Shown: piece after piece, positions 39,190 through 50,433 of the stretch
Layout: every line of letters starts with the position of its first letter
How positions within the stretch are numbered: the first letter of the stretch is position 1
Assembly (NCBI GenBank): GCA_034439715.1
Contig: JAWXAY010000010.1
Coordinates: 32,001-96,000 of the forward strand
Reading direction: 5' to 3'
From: Pseudomonadota bacterium
GTDB lineage: Bacteria > Bdellovibrionota > Bdellovibrionia > Bdellovibrionales > SG-bin7
DNA length: 64,000 nt
The notes under the pieces: model-generated
Told to the model about the DNA's origin: nothing
Seen by the model: only the letters and a program-made list of their open reading frames with translations
Database searches by the model: none
Position numbers and translations under genes: made by a program

Positions 39190-39959
39190 CATCGTTAGTG
39201 AGTCTTTTTAGCTCGGGATTTGCCGCGCCCCTTAAGGGAATTGTCTTTATTTTTAAGAATCCTTCGCTTTGGATTTGGGCCCTACTGCCTTTTTTCTTAA
39301 ACGCGGTTCTCGTTGTAGTTTCGTTTTCTTGGGCCTTTCAAAATTTGGCTGATATGGTGTTTTCAGTTTTGGCCTTCTTAGGCTTTTCCGTCCATTCCGG
39401 AGTGTTTGCTTGGATGCTTTTCTATTTTTTTAAAATATTACTTTGGATTATTTTTTTTATTTTCCTTTCTTTTGTGGCTTACCTATTTGGTCAAATTATT
39501 TCGTCACCTTTTAGCGCGGTTTTATCAGAAAAATCATTGATAAAACTCAATGTCATTAAGGATAGGCCGTTCCTATTAAAGATCTGGCTAGCAACAAGCA
39601 TAAAAATGATGCGAATTTCTCTCGTTAAGGGAGTCCTATTTTTATTAATTGGGGTAGTACTTTTTTTTGCAGGAATGATTCCTGTCATAAATATTTTAGT
39701 GCCCTTCGCTGTACTTCTGACTATTGCGTTCGACAGTGCTGATTACTCATTTGAGAATTTGCATATGACCTTGCGCGAAAGGCTCGCATTTTTTAGAAAG
39801 AATTTTTCGATTTTTGCGGGATATTCAATGGCACTCGGGATAGTGCTGTTCGTGCCGGGATTAAATTTTTTTCTGTTTCCGGCTTCAGTGGTTGGCTCCT
39901 CACTCTTAATTGCCCAAATAAAAGACCCTCCAGAGGACGCACCAAATGTTAAAAGCTAA
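39186..39959 (+). CDS. EI24/CysZ-family membrane protein
   Basis: IISSPFSAVLSEK, IPVIN, ADYSFE, VPGLNFFLFPASVVG. Confidence 0.82.
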   Translation: MTSLVSLFSSGFAAPLKGIVFIFKNPSLWIWALLPFFLNAVLVVVSFSWAFQNLADMVFSVLAFLGFSVHSGVFAWMLFYFFKILLWIIFFIFLSFVAYLFGQIISSPFSAVLSEKSLIKLNVIKDRPFLLKIWLATSIKMMRISLVKGVLFLLIGVVLFFAGMIPVINILVPFAVLLTIAFDSADYSFENLHMTLRERLAFFRKNFSIFAGYSMALGIVLFVPGLNFFLFPASVVGSSLLIAQIKDPPEDAPNVKS

Positions 39960-41172
39960 AATCCATGACCAAGTTGTCAAAAAGCGAAAAGATATTGAAA
40001 AGTGGTTTTCTGAAAAAAGAAAAGAGTTAAAATTCCCAATCTACTCTAGCTTTGATATTCGAGACTCAGGGTATAAAATAGCCAATGTCGATGCCAATAT
40101 TTTTCCGGCGGGATTTAATAACATATGCGAGGTAGATCGCGACCGAGCTCCGACCCTTGTCGCCAATTATTTAAAAAACCATTATAGTGAAAATTTAAAA
40201 AACATTGTTCTCCTCACCGAAGAACACACTCACAATTCTTACTACTGGGAAAATATTTGGGCACTAAAAAATATTTTTGAAAAAGCCGGCAAGATAGTCA
40301 GAATCGCCATTCCGCGTGAATTTTCTGGGCATTTTCAAGCTGACACAGCGAATGGAAATAAAATAGATGTGTACTCTGCAATTCGTAAAGGCACTTCGCT
40401 AGAGGTCGACGGCATGACTCCCGATTTAGTCGTAAGCAATAACGATTTTTCTGAGTCTTATGCCGACTGGTACGCCGGGCTAAAAGCGACGATCAATCCG
40501 CCTCGAGAAATGGGTTGGTATAGGCGCAAAAAAAGTGATTATTTTCGCGAGTACAATTCGGTCATGGCAGAGTTTTCACAGGTTATCGAAGTTGATCCCT
40601 GGTGTCTTCAGGTTGATACCGAATTATTTGAGCACTTTGATATTGGGGACGAAAAAGTGATGGGCGAGGTGGCCAGTAAAGTCGACATCATGATCAAAAG
40701 AATTCAAGAAAAATACCTCCAACACGGAATTGCCGAAGCGCCCTTTATTTTTATAAAAAACAATTCAGGTACATATGGGTTAGGTGTTCTGCAGGTGAAA
40801 TCGGGCGAGGAGGTCATGAAACTCAACTACAAGGGCAGAAAAAAAATGAAAGCCGCCAAAGGCGGTCGAGAGGTCAGTGAAGTTATTATTCAAGAGGGAA
40901 TCTCGACAAGCCTGGTGTCGGGCACGGCCGTCGCAGAGCCCACTATATATCTGTTGGGCTGTGAACTACTAGGAGGATTTCTGCGCACCCACAGCGATAA
41001 GAGTTCGCAGGAAAGTTTGAACAGCCCCGGCGCTGTCTATAAACGTCTTTGTGTTTCTGACCTCGAGATCAACGTCGAGGGCAAACCAATGGAAAACGTC
41101 TACGGCTGGATTGCGAGGCTGGGACTTCTGGCAATTGGTCGAGAGTACAACTCATTTCTAAAGACCTTATAA
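39946..41172 (+). CDS. gshA: Glutamate-cysteine ligase (ATP-grasp-type GshA)
   Basis: YSSFDIRDSGYKIANVDANIFPAGFNN, KNNSGTYGLG, IIQEG, GGFLRTH..ESLNSPG. Confidence 0.85.
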   Translation: MLKAKIHDQVVKKRKDIEKWFSEKRKELKFPIYSSFDIRDSGYKIANVDANIFPAGFNNICEVDRDRAPTLVANYLKNHYSENLKNIVLLTEEHTHNSYYWENIWALKNIFEKAGKIVRIAIPREFSGHFQADTANGNKIDVYSAIRKGTSLEVDGMTPDLVVSNNDFSESYADWYAGLKATINPPREMGWYRRKKSDYFREYNSVMAEFSQVIEVDPWCLQVDTELFEHFDIGDEKVMGEVASKVDIMIKRIQEKYLQHGIAEAPFIFIKNNSGTYGLGVLQVKSGEEVMKLNYKGRKKMKAAKGGREVSEVIIQEGISTSLVSGTAVAEPTIYLLGCELLGGFLRTHSDKSSQESLNSPGAVYKRLCVSDLEINVEGKPMENVYGWIARLGLLAIGREYNSFLKTL

Positions 41173-41192
41173 TTTCGAGACGATAAGCGGGT

Positions 41193-41855
41193 GTGGAGGT
41201 CTATCTGCACGATAATAAGTATGTGCATGGCTCTTTTTTATTCGCCTTTTTTTTCGCTGTCGGTTGGTGGTGGGGTGCTATGCCTTCTAGTAGTATCGAG
41301 GATTTTTTAAAAAGTAGAAATCCCGCCAATATGGACGCACAAAATGACCTCTCCTCTTTTCAAGGCGAAGAGTTAGAGTCACGAACAAAGTCTATTTTAC
41401 TAGATAATGTGCGAGTCACTAAAGATCAATCTGGCGAGAACTTTGGTGTGGAGATCGGACATTTCGTGGTTCGTGGCGATGGCGACGAAAAAGAATTTGC
41501 CTGCGGTTATTTTGAACGCGTGACTTTGATTTTTAGAGGGGAGGGGATCGCCACTAGCGGTCATCCTCCAGAAATGATTGTGTCCGCAAACTGTGAAGTA
41601 TCAAAAAATATAAATCGACTAAAGGCGCTGTGGATTCCATTTGTAAAAATTCGAGATCAACAAGCGAGTGATTTTATCGTGACCTTTGACGGATACCCCA
41701 AGATTGAATTTAAACATATGTCCGGCGACTGGCCTGTGACTTGGTATTTGCACACGGTACGCCTAGATAGCGAACAGTTTCCTGAGCGAATGATCGAAGC
41801 CGACATGGAAAGTGCCGGCAAAGCTGTGCTCTATCAACTAGATTTTCTGAATTAA
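41193..41855 (+). CDS. Hypothetical membrane-anchored protein
   Basis: 220-aa ORF with an N-terminal hydrophobic segment and two Cys; no recognised motif. Confidence 0.65.
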   Translation: MEVYLHDNKYVHGSFLFAFFFAVGWWWGAMPSSSIEDFLKSRNPANMDAQNDLSSFQGEELESRTKSILLDNVRVTKDQSGENFGVEIGHFVVRGDGDEKEFACGYFERVTLIFRGEGIATSGHPPEMIVSANCEVSKNINRLKALWIPFVKIRDQQASDFIVTFDGYPKIEFKHMSGDWPVTWYLHTVRLDSEQFPERMIEADMESAGKAVLYQLDFLN

Positions 41856-43343
41856 CTCCAACCACGTTCTAATCATCACACCCGAAGCCCCTTTTTTGGG
41901 ATTGTAAGCTACGCGATCACCAGTGTGCCAAGCGGTTCCAGCAATATCAAAATGCGCCCAGGGGATTTCTTCATCCACAAACTGTTCTAAAAATCCGGCA
42001 GCTGTTGCGCTACCGGCGCCACGACCTGAGGTTGAGACGTTTGACAGGTCTGCGTAGGTACCTTTCATGTCGCTGACATGAAAATCCACCAAGGGCATAT
42101 GCCAGACGAGCTCACCACTTTGCTCAGCAGCCTCCTTGGCCTTTTTTGCCAAACCAGCGTCACGAGTAAAAAATCCGCAATGAATATTACCCAGCGCTAC
42201 CGACATGGCTCCCGTTAAAGTTGCCATATCCAAAATTGCGGCCGGTTTTTTTTCTGAGGCATAAACCAAAGCATCTGCTAAGATAAGGCGGCCTTCGGCA
42301 TCGGTATTATTGATCTCTATTGATTTGCCATTGCGAGCCACCAAAATATCACCGGGCTTAATGGCACCCCCACCAGGCATATTTTCTGTAGAGGGAACAA
42401 ATCCCAAAAGATTAACCTTAAGTTTTAGTTTTGCCGCGGCCAAAATCGTACCTATGACGTTGGCGCCACCGCACATATCAAATTTCATTTCTTCCATTCC
42501 AGCCGAAGGTTTAATGCTGATGCCGCCCGAGTCAAAGGTGAGGCCCTTACCCACTAGTGCAACAGGTTTTTTGGACTTACCGCCGCCAGAATATTCCATC
42601 ACGATAAAGCGAGGCTCTTGTTCACTTCCAAAGGATACTCCTAAGAAAGAGCCCATTTTCTCGCTTTTGATTTTTGCCGAATCCCAGACGGTAACTTTAA
42701 CTTTATATTTCGTTAGCTCGTCTTTTGCTTCTTTCGCTAAAACTGTGGGAGTCATGAGGTTGCCGGGAGTGTCGCCAAGCCTTCGCGCAAAATTTATTGC
42801 ACTAGCAATTTTTTCTCCATCAAGAATTCCAGCACCAATTTGCTTTTGGTCGGCAGTGCTATCGCTAACAATTAGTACGTGGTTTAACTTTCCATCTTTT
42901 TTATCGGAATCTTTTTTATACTCGTCAAAGCAATAAGAGCCTAAAACAATTCCTTCAGTAAGGACTTGAGCTAGTTTGTCTTTCTTGGCGCGCGTAGAAG
43001 CGAGTGAACCAATACTAAAGGATGCGCTTTCAATTTTTGCTGAATTTAGCTCTTTAAGAGCAACAGCGGCCGCTTGGCGAAGAGTGTCGAGAGAAAATTT
43101 TGCTTTGTCCCCGAGGCCAATAGACAAGACATATTTAAAGCCATCACAATTTGCATTTCTAAAGAGAACGGCCTCTTTAAATTTTCCAGTTATTTCGCTC
43201 GAAGAACACAAAAGAGATTTTACGTCGTTGGAACAAGGTCCCACTAAGGCGGCTGTTTTTTTATTTACAGTCCCTGAAAAGGCAAAGTTAACCAGCGCCA
43301 ATGTTTCACTTTGAGACGATATTTTTTTAAATTCGATTTTCAT
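41838..43343 (-). CDS. pepA: Leucyl aminopeptidase (M17)
   Basis: VGKGLTFDSGG, MKFDMCG, NTDAEGRLILAD, ATLTGA, WAHFDIAG. Confidence 0.96.
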   Translation of the reverse strand: MKIEFKKISSQSETLALVNFAFSGTVNKKTAALVGPCSNDVKSLLCSSSEITGKFKEAVLFRNANCDGFKYVLSIGLGDKAKFSLDTLRQAAAVALKELNSAKIESASFSIGSLASTRAKKDKLAQVLTEGIVLGSYCFDEYKKDSDKKDGKLNHVLIVSDSTADQKQIGAGILDGEKIASAINFARRLGDTPGNLMTPTVLAKEAKDELTKYKVKVTVWDSAKIKSEKMGSFLGVSFGSEQEPRFIVMEYSGGGKSKKPVALVGKGLTFDSGGISIKPSAGMEEMKFDMCGGANVIGTILAAAKLKLKVNLLGFVPSTENMPGGGAIKPGDILVARNGKSIEINNTDAEGRLILADALVYASEKKPAAILDMATLTGAMSVALGNIHCGFFTRDAGLAKKAKEAAEQSGELVWHMPLVDFHVSDMKGTYADLSNVSTSGRGAGSATAAGFLEQFVDEEIPWAHFDIAGTAWHTGDRVAYNPKKGASGVMIRTWLELIQKI

Positions 43344-43473
43344 TTATGATGCTCCCCAGCAGAAAAGTGCGCCTTAATACAGAGCGCCAAGACCAAAAGC
43401 CAATAGATAAGTGGGCGAAAGGTATCATAAACATTTCAAATTGGTAAAGTGATTTTAAATTACTAATAACAGT

Positions 43474-43500
43474 TTAAACCTATCCTTTATTAGCCGAGAA
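43474..43500 (+). promoter_or_regulatory. Possible sigma28-type promoter upstream of clpP
   Basis: TTAA-N15-GCCGAGAA, 60 nt before the clpP start; one mismatch in each box. Confidence 0.4.
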
Positions 43501-43560
43501 GCCCTTGTCAGATCAGTAAGAGTGCTCAGATTAAGGTAATTGTACGAAGAGGAGTAGGCT

Positions 43561-44175
43561 GTGCCATTAGTACCAATAGTTGTTGAACAGACGTCCCGGG
43601 GAGAACGAAGTTATGATATCTACTCCCGATTATTAAAGGATCGCATAATCATACTGGGAACTGTGGTTACGGATGATGTTGCTAATCTTATCGTAGCGCA
43701 AATGTTGTTTCTGGAGTCAGACAGTCCTGATAAGGACATCCATCTTTATATAAATTCGCCCGGTGGAAGTGTTTCTTCGGGTCTTGCCGTCTATGACATT
43801 ATGCAGTTTGTAAAATGTGATATTTCTACTGTGTGCATTGGTATGGCAGCAAGTATGGGTTCTCTATTATTGACTGCGGGCACCAAGGGAAAGCGCTTTA
43901 TTATGCCTCATAGTAGAGTTATGATCCACCAACCGCTCATTAGTGGTGGCGGAATTTCTGGGCAGGCAAGCGATATTGAAATTCAAGCCCGAGAAATGAT
44001 TAAGACTAAAGATAAATTGACCGAAATCTATCATAAACATACGGGTCAAAAACAAGACGCTCTCAATAAGGCGATGGATAGAGATAACTATTTGAGTCCC
44101 CAAGAAGCGGTTGATTTTGGAATTGCCGATAAGATTATTGAATTTAGAAAAGGCGTCGGAAGGAATGATAAATGA
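43561..44175 (+). CDS. clpP: ATP-dependent Clp protease proteolytic subunit
   Basis: [34 protein letters not shown]. Confidence 0.98.
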   Translation: MPLVPIVVEQTSRGERSYDIYSRLLKDRIIILGTVVTDDVANLIVAQMLFLESDSPDKDIHLYINSPGGSVSSGLAVYDIMQFVKCDISTVCIGMAASMGSLLLTAGTKGKRFIMPHSRVMIHQPLISGGGISGQASDIEIQAREMIKTKDKLTEIYHKHTGQKQDALNKAMDRDNYLSPQEAVDFGIADKIIEFRKGVGRNDK

Positions 44176-45467
44176 GTAAAAACAATCATGGTTCATTGAC
44201 GTGTAGTTTTTGTGGAAAAAGTCAAAAAGAAGTCAAAAAACTTATAGCGGGACCTAGCGTATATATTTGTGATGAATGTATCGACTTATGTAATGATATT
44301 ATTTCTGAGGAGCGGGACCGCGAAGAGACAACAAAGGGCTCGCTTAAAGTTCCCAAGCCCAGTGAAATCAAGGCACACCTTGATGATTATGTTATCGGCC
44401 AGGATCGAGCAAAAAAGGCCCTCGCTGTCGCCGTTCACAATCACTACAAACGCATAAACAGTTTAAAAGGCAAAGACGATATTGAAATTGCGAAGAGTAA
44501 CATTCTATTAGTTGGTCCCACTGGCTCTGGCAAAACGTTGTTAGCGCAAACTATCGCGAAAGTTCTAAACGTGCCTTTTGCAATGGCCGACGCCACCACA
44601 CTAACCGAAGCCGGTTATGTGGGTGAGGATGTAGAAAACGTGGTGCTGTATTTGCTACAGGCTGCCGACTACGATATCGAAAAATGTCAAAAAGGTGTTA
44701 TTTACATCGATGAAATAGATAAAATCTCACGAAAATCTGAAAACCCTAGCATTACGCGTGACGTAAGCGGCGAAGGTGTTCAACAAGCTCTTTTGAAAAT
44801 CTTAGAAGGTACAGTGGCCAATCTACCACCCAAAGGTGGCCGCAAACATCCCCAACAAGAATTTGTTCAAGTAGACACGTCTAATATTCTCTTTATTTGT
44901 GGTGGAGCCTTTGTCGGACTAGAAAAAATAATTGAGCGCAGAACTGAACAAAGGTCTATGGGAATTACGGCTGATATCAAAACTGAATCTGAAAAATCTA
45001 AAGAGAACTTATTACATAAAATAGAACCAGACGATTTGGTTAAATTTGGAATTATTCCTGAGTTCATCGGTCGACTGCCCGTGACAGCCGTACTAGACCC
45101 ACTTGAGGAGTCAGCACTTCTTGATATTCTTGTTAAGCCAAAAAATGCGCTAACTAAGCAATACAAAAAGCTTTTTGGATTTGAGAATGTCGAGCTTAAC
45201 TTTACAAATGATGCCCTAGTAGCCATAGCTCGTCAGGCAATTGCCCGTAAAACAGGAGCTCGCGGGTTAAGAAGTGTTATAGAAGAATCAATGTTAGAAA
45301 TCATGTACGAAATTCCTTCCAAGGGGAACGTCAAAGAATGTATAATTGATGAAGGGGTCATACTGAAAAAAGGACTCCCAAAGTTGGTTTATAGGGCCGA
45401 GGGTGAGCAACCCAAATCAAAGTCGGGCACCAACGAAGACGGAACAGGTTCAGCAGAGAGCGCATAG
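44172..45467 (+). CDS. clpX: Clp protease ATP-binding subunit ClpX
   Basis: CSFCGK...CDEC zinc finger, [36 protein letters not shown]. Confidence 0.98.
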   Translation: MSKNNHGSLTCSFCGKSQKEVKKLIAGPSVYICDECIDLCNDIISEERDREETTKGSLKVPKPSEIKAHLDDYVIGQDRAKKALAVAVHNHYKRINSLKGKDDIEIAKSNILLVGPTGSGKTLLAQTIAKVLNVPFAMADATTLTEAGYVGEDVENVVLYLLQAADYDIEKCQKGVIYIDEIDKISRKSENPSITRDVSGEGVQQALLKILEGTVANLPPKGGRKHPQQEFVQVDTSNILFICGGAFVGLEKIIERRTEQRSMGITADIKTESEKSKENLLHKIEPDDLVKFGIIPEFIGRLPVTAVLDPLEESALLDILVKPKNALTKQYKKLFGFENVELNFTNDALVAIARQAIARKTGARGLRSVIEESMLEIMYEIPSKGNVKECIIDEGVILKKGLPKLVYRAEGEQPKSKSGTNEDGTGSAESA

Positions 45468-45524
45468 CGGTAGATCACTTTAGAGCTTCTTCTCTCTGCT
45501 AGATCAACCAAGGAAGGGATTGAT

Positions 45525-48011
45525 ATGGCAGACAAGAAGGAATCACCCAAGGGTGAGATTTTAAAGCTACCGGTACTTCCACTACGAGATTTGATTATAT
45601 TCCCTCATATGATGATGCCCTTGTTTGTCGGGCGAGAAAAAAGCATCAATGCTTTAGAAAAGGCTATGCAGGAGCAGACGTCCATCCTTTTAGTGGCGCA
45701 ACGAGAAGCTAAAACCAATAATCCTGAGCCAGCCGATATCTATAAAGTCGGAACGATTGGTTCAATCATTCAGCTTTTGAGGCTTCCGGATGGCACTGTT
45801 AAGGTTTTTGTTGAGGGCAAGAAGCGCGCGAAAATATTAGATTATATTCAAACAGACACGGTTTTTGTGGCTGAGGTTGAGGTCTTAAGTCCAGGTCCAG
45901 AAACAAATGTCGAAGCCGCGGGACTCATGCGTACCGTTAAATCTACGTTTGAAACATATGTGAAACTCAATAAACGAATCCAGCCTGAAACTCTAATGCG
46001 AGTGACCAGCATAGAAAATCCAAGTGAGCTTGCCGATATTATAGTGGCGCAACTTAATTTAAAAATTGAAGACAAACAGGCTATCTTAGAAATTGTGGAC
46101 CCGATCCAACGTCTAGAAAAACTCTTAAACCTCATGACTGGCGAAATCGAAATTCTTGAGGTTGAAAAGAAAATTCGTTCGCGCGTCAAAAAGCAGATGG
46201 AGCGCTCACAAAAAGAGTATTACTTAAACGAGCAAATGCAAGCCATTCAAAAAGAGCTTGGCGAACAGGATGATTATTCGGCAGAACTGCAGGAACTAGA
46301 GCTACAGGCTGAAAAGAAAAAAATGTCTCCCGAGGCCAAAAGTAAAGTCAAAAAAGAAATCAAGAAACTAAGAATGATGTCGCCAATGAGTGCGGAGGCC
46401 GCTGTCGTTAGAAACTATATCGATTGGATTTTAGCGCTACCTTGGCAGCTTTATTCAAAAACCCGCAACGATTTGGATTATGCTGAAAAAGTCCTAGACG
46501 ATGATCATTGGGGCCTTGAGAAAGTAAAAGAGAGAATTTTAGAACATCTGGCGGTACAAGTGTTGTCTCCCGACATGAAGGGGCCGATTCTTTGTCTGGT
46601 GGGTCCACCGGGGGTGGGTAAGACCTCTTTGGCAAAATCCGTTGCGCGCGCCTTAAATCGTGAGTTTGCTCGGATTTCCCTTGGCGGCGTGCGAGATGAG
46701 GCCGAAATTCGCGGACACAGAAAGACCTACGTCGGCGCGATGCCCGGAAAAATTATTCAGGCGATGCGAAAAGTAAATCACAATAATCCGGTTCTCCTTT
46801 TGGATGAGATTGATAAAATGAGTAATGATTTTAAAGGGGACCCTTCGTCAGCGCTCCTTGAGGTTCTTGACCCCGAGCAAAACTGTAATTTTCAAGATCA
46901 CTATCTCGAAGTTGAATATGATTTGTCGAGAGTTCTATTTTTTACCACCGCAAACTCAATTCATTCAATTCCCCGTCCATTGCTTGATCGGATGGAGCTC
47001 ATATTCCTTGAGGGCTATATCGAAAATGAGAAGTTTCATATCGGCAAAAAATATTTAGTTCCAAAGCAATTAAAAATGCATGGTCTTGAATCGCGAAAAA
47101 TCTCTATTAACGATGCCGCCCTAAGACACCTCATTCGATATTACACGCGAGAATCTGGGGTTAGAAACATGGAGCGCATGATTGCCACCATTTGTCGAAA
47201 GCTGGCCAGAGATATCGTGAAGCAAGAGATGCTAAAAGACTTTAGGGGCAAGAAAAAATTGAAAAACAAAGGCAACGAGACCTCAAAAAAGATTTCTCGC
47301 GCAAAACCTATGTTGGTAACGCCAAAGAGAATCGAAGAATTGTTGGGACCTGTTAAGTATAAATTTGGTAAGGCTGAGACTGATAACGAAATTGGATTAA
47401 CCAATGGATTGGCTTGGACTGAAACCGGCGGTGACCTTTTAGTTGTCGAAGTCAGCATTGTTCCTGGCAAAGGAAAGTTTGTTGTGACGGGCCAACTCGG
47501 CGATGTCATGAAAGAGTCCTGTTCGGCAGCCATGAGTTATGTGCGATCGCGCGGCCCGCTCTTTGGTTATACGGCAGATTATTTTGCTAATCACGACGTT
47601 CATATTCATGTGCCCGAAGGTGCGGTTCCTAAAGATGGGCCATCGGCCGGAATTGCACTCACGACCAGTATTGTGTCGGCTATGACTAAAATTCCCGTGA
47701 AGCGTGTTGTGGCAATGACGGGCGAAGTGACCCTTCGTGGCCGCGTGCTACCGATTGGCGGCTTAAAAGAAAAAATCTTGGCTGCTCACAGAGGCGGAAT
47801 TAAAATGATCATTGTGCCAAGAGAGAATGAGAAAGACCTCAAGGATATACCTAAAGAGGTCATGCGTGACTTAAAAGTTGTATTGGTAGATCACGTCGAT
47901 CAGGTTTTGGTAAATGCTCTTGAAATTAAACACGCTCGTGAGCTATTTAAATCAAAAGCTCCCGGCGAAATCGGGCTTCGCGCACGCTATACAGGGCATA
48001 CGCTTCAATAG
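45525..48011 (+). CDS. lon: Lon protease
   Basis: [29 protein letters not shown] (catalytic Ser), IGGLKEK. Confidence 0.98.
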   Translation: MADKKESPKGEILKLPVLPLRDLIIFPHMMMPLFVGREKSINALEKAMQEQTSILLVAQREAKTNNPEPADIYKVGTIGSIIQLLRLPDGTVKVFVEGKKRAKILDYIQTDTVFVAEVEVLSPGPETNVEAAGLMRTVKSTFETYVKLNKRIQPETLMRVTSIENPSELADIIVAQLNLKIEDKQAILEIVDPIQRLEKLLNLMTGEIEILEVEKKIRSRVKKQMERSQKEYYLNEQMQAIQKELGEQDDYSAELQELELQAEKKKMSPEAKSKVKKEIKKLRMMSPMSAEAAVVRNYIDWILALPWQLYSKTRNDLDYAEKVLDDDHWGLEKVKERILEHLAVQVLSPDMKGPILCLVGPPGVGKTSLAKSVARALNREFARISLGGVRDEAEIRGHRKTYVGAMPGKIIQAMRKVNHNNPVLLLDEIDKMSNDFKGDPSSALLEVLDPEQNCNFQDHYLEVEYDLSRVLFFTTANSIHSIPRPLLDRMELIFLEGYIENEKFHIGKKYLVPKQLKMHGLESRKISINDAALRHLIRYYTRESGVRNMERMIATICRKLARDIVKQEMLKDFRGKKKLKNKGNETSKKISRAKPMLVTPKRIEELLGPVKYKFGKAETDNEIGLTNGLAWTETGGDLLVVEVSIVPGKGKFVVTGQLGDVMKESCSAAMSYVRSRGPLFGYTADYFANHDVHIHVPEGAVPKDGPSAGIALTTSIVSAMTKIPVKRVVAMTGEVTLRGRVLPIGGLKEKILAAHRGGIKMIIVPRENEKDLKDIPKEVMRDLKVVLVDHVDQVLVNALEIKHARELFKSKAPGEIGLRARYTGHTLQ

Positions 48012-48021
48012 TTCGACGCAT

Positions 48022-48080
48022 CCTTAGGCAGGTATCGGTTTGGCGTTAATAACGTGTTCTTGAACACTTAACGCCTAAGG
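48022..48080 (+). other. Long stem-loop just 3' of lon
   Basis: GGCGTTAA/TTAACGCC enclosing GTGTT-CTTG-AACAC; outer CCTTAGGC/GCCTAAGG; no U-tract follows. Confidence 0.6.
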
Positions 48081-48209
48081 CCCTAGTTCCTGAAAATATC
48101 TTTAAAAATACTTTGACCAAAACAGGTCACTTTCTGTAAGAATTGGTAAATTCACAAAACAGTTTATTTAAGTATTTAAATAAACCTTTAGGAAAGGGGC
48201 TTAAGCGGA

Positions 48210-49313
48210 GTGACAAAACCAGTTGTTTCCCCACAGTTTGAATTGGCCAAGCTCTATTACGATCGGTGCGATATAGATAAGGCAACCGAGCTTTTTACAG
48301 TTTTATGTGAGCAAAGCAAAAAAGAAAAAAATTGGCTAGAACATCTGAAGTGTCTTAATTTTTTACTTCGTATAAGTGCCGAATTAGAAGACTTTGATCG
48401 CGTCAATGTCATCAAAGAATCATTGCAAGATTTAGTTCTCAACGAAGGCGTCGAGATTACTTCCAAAACTTATTACACGCTCGGTATGTGCACATTTTAT
48501 AAAAAGCAATTTGATATGGCGATGGACTATTTTCAAAAGTCTTTAAATATTGCTTTTAGTAAGAACGATAAAGAAGATATTTGTTACGCCATTAATGGAA
48601 TGGCTATCACCTATTACGCGACTGATCGACTTTCAGAGGCGCTTAAAGAAATATATAATCTTAAAGTCTTTTTCGAAGTCCTCGATATCCCCGCTCTTAA
48701 AATATCAAATCTTATGCTTAACGGACATATTTTACGAAAATTAGGTCGCCTCAATGAGGCACTTGAAATTTTTTGGGAATGCTATGAATCTCTCAAGTCT
48801 GAGAAGAACATGTTTATGTATGTTTCTCTACTTTACGGAATGGGTTTGACTTATCAGGACAAGGGAGAGGTTGAACTTACTAAAACTTATTTGAAATTGG
48901 CTAAGAGTATGGTGTCGCCCGACCACTTTAAACGCCAAGCACGCGCTATTGATGAAAAGCTGGAGGAGCTGGGCGTGCGGCCACATAATGATTATGATTT
49001 GATTTTTGACTCTCGACAAAATATGGTGACAGAAAGAAAGCGAGGTAAGGTTGATTTTAAGAATCAGTTTATCTTGCTCGACCTTCTCCATCTATTTATG
49101 CAACACCCTGGCGAAACCTTTTCAAAAGAAATTCTGGTAAAAAGAATATGGAAGCAGGATTACAACCCAGCGATTCACGACAATAAAATCTACGTTACAA
49201 TTAAACGTCTTCGCCAAATTATCGAGCCGGATGTAGATCACCCAAAATATATATTTAGAGCAAAAAACGGTTATTATTTAAACAAGAGTACACGTGTTCT
49301 TTTAGAACACTAA
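48210..49313 (+). CDS. TPR-repeat protein with C-terminal winged-helix DNA-binding domain
   Basis: TPR-like helices; HPGETFSKEILVKRIW...IYVTIKRLRQIIEPD...GYYL (OmpR/PhoB-type effector domain). Confidence 0.85.
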   Translation: MTKPVVSPQFELAKLYYDRCDIDKATELFTVLCEQSKKEKNWLEHLKCLNFLLRISAELEDFDRVNVIKESLQDLVLNEGVEITSKTYYTLGMCTFYKKQFDMAMDYFQKSLNIAFSKNDKEDICYAINGMAITYYATDRLSEALKEIYNLKVFFEVLDIPALKISNLMLNGHILRKLGRLNEALEIFWECYESLKSEKNMFMYVSLLYGMGLTYQDKGEVELTKTYLKLAKSMVSPDHFKRQARAIDEKLEELGVRPHNDYDLIFDSRQNMVTERKRGKVDFKNQFILLDLLHLFMQHPGETFSKEILVKRIWKQDYNPAIHDNKIYVTIKRLRQIIEPDVDHPKYIFRAKNGYYLNKSTRVLLEH

Positions 49314-49825
49314 TGGGAGAGAAGTTTATGAAATTTTGGCAACAGAGACTCCGGCCTTTGGCATTAATGATCATCACCGCATTGATGGTCATTCCAATCG
49401 TGTCCGTGGGAGAAATTGAAGTAGTCTTTCCCTGGGGTACAGAGGTTCCTTTCCCTTGGAAGCAAATAGAGGGTACGTGGATCTATGAAAAGGTACAAAA
49501 TAAATTTGAATTCCATGTGATTGCAGTTTATGAAGACGGCACTCGAGTAGTTCAGGTAACTGAGCTTGATCACGACAATCAAATATTGGCTCGTGGTCTG
49601 GGAGTCGCTGGTCCGGATAGGCGAATCGTTCGTGCCGCCATGCAATCAGAAGAAGGATCCTATTTACTTCTTATCAGGGCCTTTAAGGACGACAAGGAAT
49701 GTGTGTACGGACGGAAACTAATGGTGGTAGTCACGATTCGCTCAATGGATCCCAAATCTCAAACAAAGGATCGCAACTTCGTAATCAATAAGCAGGCGGA
49801 AGAGCCTTCTTGTGAGTTGAACTAA
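49313..49825 (+). CDS. Hypothetical exported protein
   Basis: Signal/TM segment, PWGTEVPFPW..IEGTW; start overlaps the upstream stop (49328 is an alternative). Confidence 0.65.
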   Translation: MGEKFMKFWQQRLRPLALMIITALMVIPIVSVGEIEVVFPWGTEVPFPWKQIEGTWIYEKVQNKFEFHVIAVYEDGTRVVQVTELDHDNQILARGLGVAGPDRRIVRAAMQSEEGSYLLLIRAFKDDKECVYGRKLMVVVTIRSMDPKSQTKDRNFVINKQAEEPSCELN

Positions 49826-49833
49826 CTCTGGCC

Positions 49834-50433
49834 ATGAGTTCCTACCGATTTGACCAATACGAGCTTCTTGAAGGTAAAAAGCTCGTACTGATCAAGCTTG
49901 ATCAAGAAATTCTTCCAGGGCTGGCAGAAATCCTGGTCAGTCCTAGCACATGGTTTTCTATTAAAAGAGATGTCGACACGCCTGAAAAATTTAAAGAAAA
50001 TTTAAGCATTAAGCTTGAAAAGCAAAACAGACATGAGTGCCTTACTCTTGTGGCCGTTGATAAAGAGTCCCAGCAAAAGGTTGCGATGAGCTCGTATCAA
50101 TATCCCACCTCGGGTTTTGAAAGAATTGAAATTGGCTACACTTGGATTGCGGACACTTGGATGCGGTCTTATGTGCACACAGAAATGAAGTACCTAATGC
50201 TTACTTACGCTTTTGAGACCATGAGGGTTCAGCGAGTAGAGTTTATGGTTCACCCAACCAACGATATCTCTAATCGTTCTATGAAGCGAATTGGCGCCAC
50301 TTATGAGGGCCTGCTCAGAAAATACAGATCTTTTTGGGAGTGTGACGATGGTGATAGAAATGTTTATAGTATCATAGGTGACGAGTGGCCGAAGGTTAGG
50401 TCGCATATCCAGGGGCTAATGAGAAATTATTAA
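49834..50433 (+). CDS. GNAT family N-acetyltransferase (RimJ/RimL-like)
   Basis: IEIGYTWI, KYLMLTYAFE, RVEF...N..S...RIGATYEGLLR, VYSII..EWP. Confidence 0.9.
   Translation: MSSYRFDQYELLEGKKLVLIKLDQEILPGLAEILVSPSTWFSIKRDVDTPEKFKENLSIKLEKQNRHECLTLVAVDKESQQKVAMSSYQYPTSGFERIEIGYTWIADTWMRSYVHTEMKYLMLTYAFETMRVQRVEFMVHPTNDISNRSMKRIGATYEGLLRKYRSFWECDDGDRNVYSIIGDEWPKVRSHIQGLMRNY

Noticed and set aside
41159..41186. Sigma28-like TAAA-N16-GACGATAA before ORF 41193
   Set aside because: Spacer one base too long and a mismatch in the -10 box; too weak to call.
42310..43314. 208-aa and 112-aa plus-strand ORFs
   Set aside because: Antisense shadows of pepA with no RBS or recognisable motif.
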